Below, piece by piece: positions 53,480 through 63,882 of a DNA stretch of 64,000 nucleotides. The stretch lies in the NCBI GenBank assembly GCA_013265495.1, contig MU061579.1, forward strand, positions 1,981,319 through 2,045,318, written 5' to 3'. The number at the start of each line of letters is the position of its first letter. The stretch's first letter is position 1. Source of the DNA: Vicugna vicugna. Its lineage: Eukaryota. The position numbers and the translations under genes were made by a program. The notes under the pieces are model-generated. The model saw only the letters and a list, made by a program, of their open reading frames with translations. It was not told the DNA's origin and made no database searches.

Positions 53480-54120
53480 TAGTCCCGCCCTAGTGGAACT
53501 GATTTTCGCTCAAACTCTTCACGTTTGTAAAACGGCGTCAGTTTACCTTGAACGGTTCGGCATCAGAAGAGGGACCCCGGGGAGACCCCCGCTGGCCTCC
53601 CGCCCGCCGTTTCTCTGCCTCTGGAGCTGGCGGGCCCCAGGTCCCAGCACAACGGCTTTTTCCTTCTGGAAGCATTTCTTCTTCCGGATTCTGTCCGGAA
53701 ACCAGCCGGAGTCGGACCGGGTCCAGGACCGGACCGGACCTGGTCCGACCTAGAAAGCAGACCGGGTCCAGTGTGAGGCCTCGGGGAACAAAATGTCGTT
53801 TGAAGCCTGCAGAAGTAGGTGTCAGAAACCAAACCCTGCCCTCTGACTGCAGCGAGCAGGAAGACCCGTTCATTGCAAGGGGTTTGACCTGCAAGGCGGC
53901 CGACCTTCGGCAGCGGAAGCGACGTGTTCCGAGGCGCTCACAGACTCGCGAGTTTTTTATGTGGTAAATGCGGACGTTATTTGTTTTCTTCAGCAGAAGG
54001 GTTGCCTGCTGGTCTGTTTCCCTATTTGGGGAGGGATAGCTGAGTCGAGGACCAGAAAGTCCAGAGATGGCATAAACAGACGATTATGCCATCTTTTGGC
54101 GATTGGCCGGCGTCCTCTGC
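53480..54120. promoter_or_regulatory. Isolated CpG island / candidate promoter
   Basis: About 44 CpGs counted by eye in ~640 bp, against a CpG-poor AT-rich background; GC boxes (CCCGCCC), ETS cores (CGGAAG), palindrome ACTCGCGAGT, reverse CCAAT at 54102-54106. Confidence 0.75.
53547..53873 (-). other. Candidate first-exon ORF (109 codons, MNGSSCSLQ...DAEPFK) ending at a phase-0 splice donor; no recognisable homologue
   Basis: ATG at 53873-53871, open frame to AAG|GTAAAC (exon end 53547); GC richness alone can explain the lack of stops. Confidence 0.2.
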
Positions 54121-54243
54121 TGCTTCCTAGGAACTGCAAATTCTTGCAACTGAGGTAAAGTTTCGTTTTCTTAAATGCTCCTGCGTTGGCCAACTCCACT
54201 TTGTCCCCAACATAAGTGACTCCATTTTAGTTTGGGTTCTACA
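53820..54243 (-). mobile_element. ERV1-type solo LTR with unusually retained CpGs
   Basis: TGT...ACA termini, 424 bp; 'aagtgactccattttagtttgggttctaca' resembles MER4-group LTR ends; minus-strand CCAAT, CATAAAAAA and AATGAA in U3-R order; no clean TSD. Confidence 0.6.
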
Positions 54244-54329
54244 GGGGTTAACCCATCAAAGATATTAATATTGTTATAGTGGCCACAGTGGAGAACTTTT
54301 AACCGTTTACGAGATGCCCTAGAGAAAGT

Positions 54330-55510
54330 GGTCTCAGCCAGCAGTCACTCTAAAGGTTAAAAGGAAAATTATTTTTCCTCCTCTACAGTTTCTGGTGACC
54401 AGAATGAGACCCACAGGGACATCCCGCTGACCCTGGAGCCTGCAGATGGCATCCTGGCAAAACGGGCAGAAGCCGGCAAATGGTAAGAATTCCTACTGTT
54501 GCCGGAGAATTGGTTCTTGTCTCGGGCAGGAAAGAATCCAAAAGCGACGCATAGTAAAATGAAGGAAGTTTATTCAGGGAGATAGCACACTCCATAGACA
54601 ATGTGGTGGTCTCAAAAGGCAAGAGAGGTGTGGCGTTGTTTGTTTTTATGGGTTTGGTAATTTCATGTGCTAATGTGTAGGAGGATTATTCCAGCTATTT
54701 GGAGGAAGGGGCCAGGATTGCCAGGAAAGTCCCTCACCACTCTGCCTACTTTTTGACCTTTTATGGGCAGCCTAGGAACTGTTGTGGTGCCTGTGAGTGT
54801 GCCATGACGCTCAAGGTCTATAGGAAGTCAAATCTTCGACCCTCTTGGTTCTAAACAGTTTGTCCTGTCCTCAATTGCTGTGTTATTCCTTCATTGGTTT
54901 CGCTCAGCCCCCCTTTCCTTCCGTCCCACTACCTAAGTCAACTCTCCCATATGTCTATCTGTGGAGTCTGGTTGAGCGTGGAAGGTAAAATTTCACATTA
55001 TCGCTTCCTTTCCAAAATCAGATTGGCAGAAAGAAAACATTGGTTATTGATCCCAGGGACAGCTGTTGCCTTCTTGTTTGTCTCATTTGTGTCCTGAGAA
55101 CTTGGCTTGGCCACCAACAGTTTGGGGACCCCCAAAATATGGTTGAACAGAAATGTGCGTTGCCTTCCATTTGCAGCTAGGGTCCTAATGAGTGCTGCCT
55201 GCCCTTAGGGGAATTGTCTAAGTCTTGTTTTCTTTTGATTATTTCTCTTTGGGAGTGGCTCTGAATCCTGGGAGAGTAGCATCTTTTGCACCCTGCTGGG
55301 GACCCTTTTTGTGTGCATAGAATTGTTCAGTATGGTCAGGAGTATTTCCTGTTTGTGCTGGCTGAGACTTGACAAAGCATTTGATAAGAGTTTTCCTTAA
55401 GCATCTCTAGGATCAGAAGTTGGCTAGATTGGAAGCTGATGTTCAGAACTTGATAGGAACCATTTTTTAAGGCCTTCTCCCGTAAGCTAAAATGAAACTG
55501 TGTACCCAAA
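54330..55510 (+). mobile_element. Old ERV1 remnant: LTR 3' end, PBS and leader (MER34/MER39-like)
   Basis: 'ggaaaattatttttcctcctctaca' LTR end at 54387; degenerate tRNA-Arg-like PBS TGGTGACCAGAATGAGAC at 54393-54410; leader splice donor 'ATG|GTAAGA'. Confidence 0.7.
54497..54928 (-). mobile_element. ERV1 solo LTR nested antisense in the ERV leader
   Basis: TG...CA termini, 4-bp TSD CTAC (54493-54496 and 54929-54932), minus-strand AATAAA at 54569-54574. Confidence 0.85.
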
Positions 55511-56159
55511 GGGAAAGAAAAATATTCTGAAATGAATTTGTAACACTTACCAGAGACTTAAAAAAGAATATTTATATTTTAATCCAGAAATGAATACTAC
55601 TATAGAAATTTTTTTTTAAAAAGTTAGAAACTTAGTCTAAGATAAAAAGAAAATAAAATGAAATATACACCTAAAATGTATACAAAAGAATGGCCACTGG
55701 GGAATTATATAGGCAAAACTGGAAACAAATTCAATGTATTAAAAAAGGCAACTAATTAAATAAATCTTCAGGTATTCATGAACTGGAGTACCCTGCTAGC
55801 ACTGGAAATCATGTTTTATAAAGATACTTGACTCAGGAAATGCTTTGTTACTGATGAATTTTTAAACTTAAAAATTGTGCTATACTAGAATTATTGTAAG
55901 ATTAAAATGATAAATATGTAAAACACGTCATATAAGTAAGTAGATGTTTATATGTACATTCATGTAATGGGGATATTACTAATGAGTTTTCCTGATTATT
56001 GTATTATTTTCCTGATCTTTAATCTGATTTAGACAATTTGGGGAGATTACTCTGCATGGAACATTAGTTTAAAGTGAGATTTTTCAAACTTGCTTCATTT
56101 TTAAATCTCAGGAAAGGCTTTCTACTTCCTTCTCCATGTAACTTAAGCCTCACATCTTA

Positions 56160-56315
56160 AACTCACAGTGGAATCAGACCAGCCATGGGAAAAACTTGGG
56201 AGCTTGTTAGAAAAGAGTCTTAGGCTCCACCCCAGACTTACTGCACTGGAGTCTACATTTTACCGTGATTGAGGGTAATTTGTATGCATATTCAAGTTTG
56301 AGAAGCACTTCTCTA
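56160..56315. mobile_element. MER5-like hAT-Charlie MITE
   Basis: 'gggagcttgttagaaa...ggctccaccccagacttactg...gtatgcatattcaagtttgagaagcact'. Confidence 0.7.
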
Positions 56316-56698
56316 AAACATTAAAAGGAAGTGAAAGTATATATTACTCTTGTAATGACTTTTGCCGGTAACAGAATCATTTCAGAAAAAATTCAAAGTT
56401 TAAGATTAACTTATGCGGTTGGACTACTAACTGGTACAATCGTTTTGACAACTTGGTAATAGTATCAGAAATGTTAAAATGGTTATACTTTCAGACCTAA
56501 TAACTACACTTCTGGAAATATATCCTAGTGAAAGAATCCAATGAAACAGTAAAAGCTTTATGTACAAAGATGTTCATTATAGCCTTATCTAAAATAGCAA
56601 AAAATTAGGAACAAACTAAAAGTTAAGCAATGGAAAAATGATAACTAGATTTGGGTAATCTGCCAGGTAGAGTTGAATTCAGCAACCAAAATTATGTC

Positions 56699-56978
56699 TT
56701 AAAAGTTTTATATTTTTATTTCATTTATTTTTTGTAATTTTTAAATTTTACTTTTTTATCAAAGTGTAGTTGATTTACAGTGTTAGTTGAAGTAAGACAG
56801 AGAAAGATAAACATTAAATGATATCACTTATATGTGGAATCTAAAAAAAAAAGTGATACAAATTTTATTTACGAACCAAAAAGAGACTCTCAGACACAGA
56901 AAACAAAGTATGGTTATCAAAGGGGAAAGGGTGAGGGAGAGAGAAATTAGGAGTGTGAGATTAAAAGTTTTATATTTT
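56699..56978 (-). mobile_element. Short 5'-inverted (twin-primed) young L1 with 18-bp TSD
   Basis: TTAAAAGTTTTATATTTT at 56699-56716 and 56961-56978; T-rich tail plus antisense 3' tip, then an oppositely oriented L1 3' UTR segment. Confidence 0.9.
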
Positions 56979-57234
56979 AAATCATCCTTTATCCACTTTA
57001 ATGATGTTACTGTTAATTATCTTTTGTATCTAATATTGTTTTAATTACTTTCTTTTGTTTATATATGTCTGGTAATTCTTTTCTTATCCTTTATTGTCAA
57101 CAATTCTGTGTCATTTAGTTTTAGATGTGTTTTTACAGTTAAATTTTTATTTTTATTTATTTGATCTGAAATGTCTTCGATAGGTGAACTTAACCTATGG
57201 GCCTAAAAATATTTTCTAAAAATAAGAAGAAGTC

Positions 57235-57430
57235 TCCACATGCTGGGCAGTGTCCTAAGACCCTTCAATATAGTAATTTAATAACCTGTAGTAAGAACTA
57301 TTATTATCTCCATTATACAGAGGAAGAAACTGAAGGGCAGAGACTTGCCCAAAGTCATGCAAGTAGTAATGAAACTGGAATTTGATCCCAGGCCATCTGG
57401 CTCAGGAAGCTACAGCCTTGATCACTACAG
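57235..57430 (-). mobile_element. MIR SINE
   Basis: 'ctccattatacagaggaagaaactgaagggcagagacttgcccaaagtcatgc...ggaatttgatcccaggccatctggctc'. Confidence 0.85.
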
Positions 57431-57511
57431 TGTATTTCAACTTACTGGTTAAATACTGAAGCGTGTGTTTTACCATCTCCTACCATCTTATTTCATATTT
57501 TCTTTTACAAG

Positions 57512-58136
57512 TGGTTAGTTTTGTATTGCTTCAGTCACAAATCGCCGTGAACTTAGTAGCTTAAAACACAAATTTATTGTTAGTTCAGAAATCCAGGAGG
57601 TTCAGCTGCACCATCTGCTTCAGGTCTTACAAGGCTGACATCGAAGTATTGTCTGGATTGTTTACCTTTCTGGAGACTCTAGGGATGAATCCACTTCCAG
57701 ATTGACTCAGGTTGTTGGCAGAATTCAGTTCCACGTGGGTATAGGACTAAGGTGCCCTCTACCTTGGGGGCTGTCAGTCAGTAGTGGTACTCAGCTTCCA
57801 GACACTGCCCACGCTCCCTGGTTATGTCCTCCCTCCAACATTATCAAAGCAAACAGTGAAGAGTTGAATCTCTCTCATGTTTCAGATCTCTCTTCTGCTT
57901 CTCTTTCTGGAAACTCCATCTCTCTCCTCTGGCCATCTCTTCAGCTTTTAAAGGTTCAAGTGATTACATTGGCTTTGCCTTGATAATCTAGAATAATCTT
58001 CATATTTTATGGTCAGTTGATTAGTGACCTGAGTTTTATTTGAAAGCTCCCTTCACAGCAGTGCCTGGATTAGTGTTTGATTAGACAACCAGAGAAGAGA
58101 AAACTTGAGGGCACATCTTAGATTTCTGTTTACCAG
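57512..58136 (-). mobile_element. MaLR solo LTR (MLT1E/F-like)
   Basis: 'aacttagtagcttaaaacacaaatttatt...caggttgttggcagaattcagttcc...cagtgcctggattagtgtttgatt'. Confidence 0.85.
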
Positions 58137-59065
58137 GCTTGCTTTTTTCATTTTTCTTTATTTTTCCTCTCTGAATTTCCAATCAAGAAATACAGCTTTT
58201 TAAAATATTTATTCTGCCTTTGGTATAAGTTAATTTTCCTAGCAAGAGGGCTACAGAAAACTCATTTCATCTCCATTTGTGCTGCTTATCTTAATAAGTC
58301 CTTTCCTATCAGATTTTTAACTGCATTTTGTAAACATGTATTTTCATTTCCCATATGTTTTCAAGATTTGGGGAAAAATATTTTTAGTTCGATTTTGGTT
58401 ACCTAGTCAGACCATTATATTAAATTTCCTTTTAATTGAACACACTATATAGTAACATTTTGAATAAGCAATGCCGTTTACCTGTGCTCATGCTCCCTCA
58501 TAACTATTTTTGCATATTACTTTGCTATTCTGCCCATTTATATTTTACATAACTGCAGCCACAAGGTACAAAATCGTTTCTTTTTTTCAATTTCAAAACT
58601 GTAAATATGACCATCACTCTTTTGTGAACTTTTCATTGCCTAGGGAAGGTACATAAGAAAGCAGTATACAACCTTCAAACATGGTATAAAGAGTTCCCGA
58701 GACCTGGATCCTGTCAACTTGATCTTCCCCAAACATCAGTTCTACTCATTTGACCCTCGTATATTACATTTCAGCATAATGTGAAATTTGCAATTCTCAC
58801 CTTTGTACACATGTCATCTATCTGACTTCATTTTCTTCCACTAACTCCTATTTGCCTTTGAAGACTAAGTTAATGTGTCAGTTCCCTTCAGGAAATTTTC
58901 CTAGTCTAGGTTTGGTGACTCTCTGATATGTGCTCATAAAATTCTTTGCCTACATTTATCCGGGCATTTTTCATATTTAATTATAGTCATCTGATTATTT
59001 CTACAGCTCTCACCCAGACTTTAAAGTCCTTATAAGCAAAGCCTGTGACCCAGCAGTCTTTTTAC

Positions 59066-59440
59066 TTGGGATGAGTTAGATTTGGCTTCAGTTAACAGAT
59101 AACTCTCAATTATCAGTGGATGAAGACAACACAGGTTTATTTCATCTTCACACTCCATGTGTATCATGGAGCAGCTGGAGGCTCTGTTTTGTGCACTTTC
59201 AACTGACAAAGCTGCCATCATCTGTAAGGTTACCAGCTGCCACGGCAGAGGCAGAGAGAGTGTAGTGAAGTATACACTGGCTCGTAAGACATCTCCCTGA
59301 AGTGACATGTTACGTGTGCTCACCTTTCATTGCCAAAGAAAACACATGACCATCCCTATCCTCAGGAGGAAAGGAAGTTGAATCCTACATCTGCGAGAAG
59401 AAGACAGTTACGAATATTTGGTGAATAGCACTGATAACAG
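59066..59440 (-). mobile_element. Old MaLR LTR (MLT1K/L-like)
   Basis: 'gctgccatcatctgtaaggttaccagctgccacggcagaggcagagagag...tttcattgccaaagaaaacacatgacc'. Confidence 0.65.
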
Positions 59441-59449
59441 TCAACAGCC

Positions 59450-59760
59450 TGTAAAATGAAAAAAAAAAAAAAGCACAACCTAAAGGCTGAGAATTAGGTT
59501 TTATTTGGTGGAGGACTCAAGCCCAGGATTTGGCCACTCAGATTGCTCTAAGAGACTGTTCCAAAGAGGTGGAGGAGGAACCAAGATGTATAGGAGTTTT
59601 TACAACAAAGTCCAGGTAGTTGAAACTTCAAAAGATTATTGTTAATTTAAGAAAACTAGATATATAAAGTTTAGTGCTTTTCTGTGTATGGGAAAATGCA
59701 CAAGTCTGGGCTCATTGAAATTGTCCCTTTGATGTGCACCTTAGCTATCTAGGGCCAGTA
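59450..59760 (-). mobile_element. Truncated ERV1 LTR (MER41-like)
   Basis: 'gcacaacctaaaggctgagaattaggttttatttgg...gagactgttccaaagagg...caagtctgggctcattgaaat...gctatctagggccagta'; AATAAA on minus at 59500-59505. Confidence 0.75.
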
Positions 59761-60175
59761 TGTGAATTGGTTTCCTATCCTGGCCATAGCAAAACACTGC
59801 AGATTGGGTGGCTTAAAGAGAACTGTTTGTCTCACAAATAGCCTGAAAGTCCAAAATGGAAGTGTCATGAGGGTTGATTCCCTTGTGAGGGATATTAGGG
59901 AAGGGTCTATTCGAGGCCCCTTTCCTTGGCTGGAGGATGGCCATAGCCTCCTTGTGTCTCTTCAGATCATCTTCTTTTCATGTCAAATTTTCCCCTTTTG
60001 TCAGGACACCAGTCATATTGGATTAGGTCCTACCTGAATTCATTTTAACCTCATTTCAACTTGATTACTCCTATAAAGACCCTATCTGCAAATAAGATCA
60101 CATTCTGATGTACTGGGGGTTAGATTTCAGCAGGTGAATGTGGTGGCGAGGGAGAACACGATTCAGTCCACAACA
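59761..60175 (-). mobile_element. MaLR solo LTR (MLT1B/C-like)
   Basis: 'gggtggcttaaa...ggacaccagtcatattggattagg...cacattctgatgtactgggggttag'. Confidence 0.88.
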
Positions 60176-60893
60176 GCTGTGCTGTCTCAGGCGCGTAGTA
60201 GTATCTTTCTTGAATTAGTGACTAAATCACGCCTGTTCTTATGTCTCTGTCTAACCTTTATAACTATTATGTTAATGGATGTGATTTAACGGACATTTAC
60301 CTTTCTAGGCAGAGTAAAATGATATTTATCATTGTTTACTATCACAGGAAAACCAAAATTAACTCTTTCTTCTTAGACTTTTGTTTTTCCTAGTTGGTAT
60401 TTTCGTAGGCTAAGGTCCCTACCATGGAATAACTGGGTATACATTATACCTTAAGATTTTAATATAAATCACCAAAACGATTTCTGAAGAGAAAAAGGTT
60501 TGTTAATTGATAATGTCACTCACAGTGATTAACACAGTAACTATGGCCAAAATTGTATTGCCACCATTCATTGTATTTCCATGTTTACAAAATAATATCT
60601 TAAATTTGATTTTTAGTGGATTTTATTATTACCTAGATGCCATTTCCCCATGTACATGTTGGCTCTTCGATTGATCTCTGACTCCTTCATAGTATGTTTC
60701 TGCACAACATTGTATGCCCAGCATCTAGGCCGGATCAGGGTAGGCACTCATCCAGCAGTCAGGAGAGCAGCCAGGATGTGTGGGAATGAATGCAGACTCC
60801 ACTGCTTAATGTCACTGAAACCTTGGGTAAGTTTCTGTGCTGCCTTCCTGTGCTTAGTTTCCTCATTCATGGAACGAGAATCGTAATATTCCC

Positions 60894-61416
60894 TGCAGCT
60901 GTGACACAACACAGTGATGGTGATGCACGGGTTGGTAAAGAATTACCAGAGACTGAAAAGAATTTAGGAAAGTTTAATAGGGACACTGCTATAAGCAGCA
61001 GCGGGCCACACTGGCAAGAGGTGCCCACATGAGCACCAAGGGTAGGTGTGCAGGGCCTTTTATTGGGGGAGGGGGCTGTGCACATAGGGAGTAAGGGGCT
61101 GCATGATCAATCCCTGCACAGGGACCTGATTGGTTGTCAGACCTATCAGGGACTTCTCTGAACTATAGGATTTAGGACTTCGATAAGGGCAGGATGAGGC
61201 TTGTCCGCCTAGAGTATTGTGAGACGGGCTATCTCCTGGGGCGATGCGTTTTGTTAGGGTAAACACACATCAAGAGATGTTCTATTATATCTTGCAGAAA
61301 TGCAGGTATGTAGAGGGTTCTGTAGTGGGGAGTAGGGGTTAACGGGTCAATAAACTCCAGGAACAGAGAGCCCAGGGGTGGGGGCTTGACTCCAGAGAGT
61401 GCCAGCCGGCTCCACA
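60894..61416 (-). mobile_element. ERV-type solo LTR inserted in a MIR
   Basis: TG...CA-bounded G-rich block with reverse CCAAT ('ctgattggtt'); MIR halves 'cttagtttcctcatt' upstream and 'cctacctcatt...tgagttaat' downstream. Confidence 0.65.
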
Positions 61417-61639
61417 CCTACCTCATTGGTTTCCTTTGAAGACTGAGTTAATGCATATCAGGTATTTAAACCAAAGCTTGTAAAATGGGAAGCACTCAGT
61501 AAATACAGATTTTTATTAAAATTCTTATTATTCTGTACAATTTGGATAGTAATGGGTTTTCATATATTTGCATAAATCTTTTCAGAGTCTAAAATTAAAT
61601 GCTTTTTCTCTTCCAATTGTTTCTTGCCAACTTTAAGCA

Positions 61640-61852
61640 TTTTAAAAAATCGAATTTATCATGGGATAGTGTATATACAATAAACTGCATTAATTTTAAT
61701 TGTATATTTTGATGGGTTTTGAAATTGTATACACTCATGTTATCACCATCAATATACTGAAAGATATCATCATTCCTAAAACGTCCTCTTGTGCTCCTTA
61801 GCAAACAATCAACACCCCCATGCCGGCCCCAGGCAACAACCAGTATGCTGTG
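61640..61852 (-). mobile_element. L1MB-like 3' end
   Basis: 'tatacaataaactgcattaattttaattgtatattttgatgggttttga...ccccaggcaacaacca'. Confidence 0.75.
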
Positions 61853-62303
61853 TAACCCCTCCTTTCCGAAACTGCCTTGCAAATTGTGGTGACCCCAGTC
61901 TCCCTGTACTCTGATCACCATCTCCTCAATGCCGTGAATCCACTGAACTTTCGAAAAGTGCAGTTATACAGAAGTCAACATATAATAGAATGCCCTTCAT
62001 TTGCCCCCTTCTTTCAAGAACAGTCTTGAAAATAGTAGCTACATGTACTTCGTCCTGTTTTCCAGTTTTGATCAAGAAGAAGTTAAGTCCAAGTCTTTAA
62101 ACCACCATGGCCACAGTGGAAGCGTGTATGATACTCATTTAAAGAGAGTTTATGTTGTAGTTGATGATGGGTTTACAAAGCTAACATACTGAGATACATC
62201 CAGATATATAAAAAGCTCAGAGGCACATCTCTTAACTGCCAAACCATGTCAGCATCCTTGGTCTGGACAGTTGTTTTACATAATGTAAAAATACTCATTT
62301 CCT

Positions 62304-62450
62304 GGGGTGGGGGTGGTTATAGCTCAATGGTAGAGTACATACTTAGCATACACAACTTCCTGGGTTCAATCCCCAGTACCTCTTCTAAAAGTAAATAAAT
62401 ACATAAACCTAATTACCCCCTCCCCCAAAAAAGTAAAAAAAAAAATTTTT
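62304..62450 (+). mobile_element. tRNA-derived SINE of camelid (vic-1-like) type
   Basis: G-rich head, Pol III A box TAGCTCAATGG (62320-62330), B box GGTTCAATCCC (62363-62373), 'aaacctaattaccccctcccc' and A-tail; imperfect flanking repeat. Confidence 0.85.
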
Positions 62451-62693
62451 TTTTAATTATTCATTTTCCATGAAAATTTAATTAATTTCAGTTAAGATAG
62501 CCTGTTCCCCAATCATGTCACTTAATGAGTGTATTATGCTATCAATGAAAATTCTTCTAAAAATATTTGATGTTACATTAAAGATGTTAAGAATTAAAAA
62601 ATATTTAAGTAAATATTCCTTTAATTAATATTTAAAATGTTGATGTCTATGTTCCTAAATATTATACCAAAATAAATTTTATCTGGAGTCATA

Positions 62694-62830
62694 TTTTTTT
62701 AATTGAAATATAGTCAGTTTACAGTGTTGTGTCAGTTTCGGGCATACAGCATAATAGTTCAGCCATCCATACACATACACATATTAACTTCCATGTTTTT
62801 CATTATAGGTTACTACAAAATATTGAATAT
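62694..62830 (-). mobile_element. Young L1 3' tip
   Basis: Poly-T then 'aattgaaatatagtcagtttacagtgttgtgtcagtttc'; imperfect TSD TGGA(G/A)TCATA. Confidence 0.8.
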
Positions 62831-63882
62831 CTTGGAATCATAATTTGATTCCTACTTCTTGAATAATACAGAATATTGCATTATTTTATTTATGTATTTA
62901 TTTATTTATTTACATCTCCCCCATCCTATTTCAGGAACTGTTTATAACAGTGAAATCTCATTGCAGTGACAATATGATCGATCATGTGCTGGGAATTCAT
63001 TAGACAAGAAAAAAGTAAATAGAAATATATAAAATATATGAACAGTGGTCTTCAAAGAAACTATACCCCATCCAACAACTTGTGATATCTAAATTAAAAC
63101 ATACTCAATTCAACTCCTTCAAAATCTTTTCAACACACATAAACATTTAGCATATATACGTTTTGTTTTTTCAAATCAACACTGTTCAGTGCCTAGAACA
63201 GTACTGGTAGACTGTAAATACCCACTGAATATTTCTTATTAAATTATCACTACAGGAAAGAAGATAAAAAATAAAAATAGAAATATCCAAACTCACAAAA
63301 TATATATACAGCAGTGTGCTCACATATTATGTAAGTTTAATAAAAATTGTTTTGTTTTGATTACAGAATGGGTGATTGATTAGCAATGGCAATGATTCAA
63401 AAGCAAAAATCGGCTAAAGGACTATCTTTTTAAATTGCAGTATTCATTTTGAAATAAAGTGCATAAATGCAGTTAATTCTATACTTATTCCTTTGGTCCT
63501 GGAACAGATTTATTGGGACCAGTAACATATTTCCTTGGTTTTAATTATGCACAGTATGTATTTTTAATGTTGCCAATTTTCCTGAAGAATAGCAAATGCT
63601 GCCTTTTACTCTATAGCTTTGATGTTGTGCATTATACGCTAAACGTTGTCTTTTTCCTGTAGCAACTATTGAGCATGTTGACACCCACAAGGTCCCAGCA
63701 TGGCCAGGCTCTATGAAGATGCAATTACTAAAAAAGACATAATTTTCAAATGTTCACTCTTTTAAAAATAGTTAATAACTTATCTTAACTATTAAAACTA
63801 AAACTAACCCTAGTGGAAACTTGTGAAGAGAGATGGTGAAAATCTATCTAGCGATGACTTATTAAAAGTGTCTGAGCCTCTT

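Noticed and set aside
53548..53967. 139-aa plus-strand ORF and other overlapping ORFs in the island
   Set aside because: The start codon is TTG rather than ATG, the composition is R/P/G/S low-complexity as expected from GC-rich DNA, and no domain is recognisable.
62068..62192. Exon-like segment with acceptor TTTTCCAG and a strong Kozak ACCACCATGG
   Set aside because: The Kozak ATG opens only 11 codons, the other frame has no recognisable homology, and no donor or partner exon is evident.
62304..62380. Functional tRNA gene
   Set aside because: No pairing acceptor stem, a mutated body, and a SINE-specific tail with an A run; it is a SINE copy.
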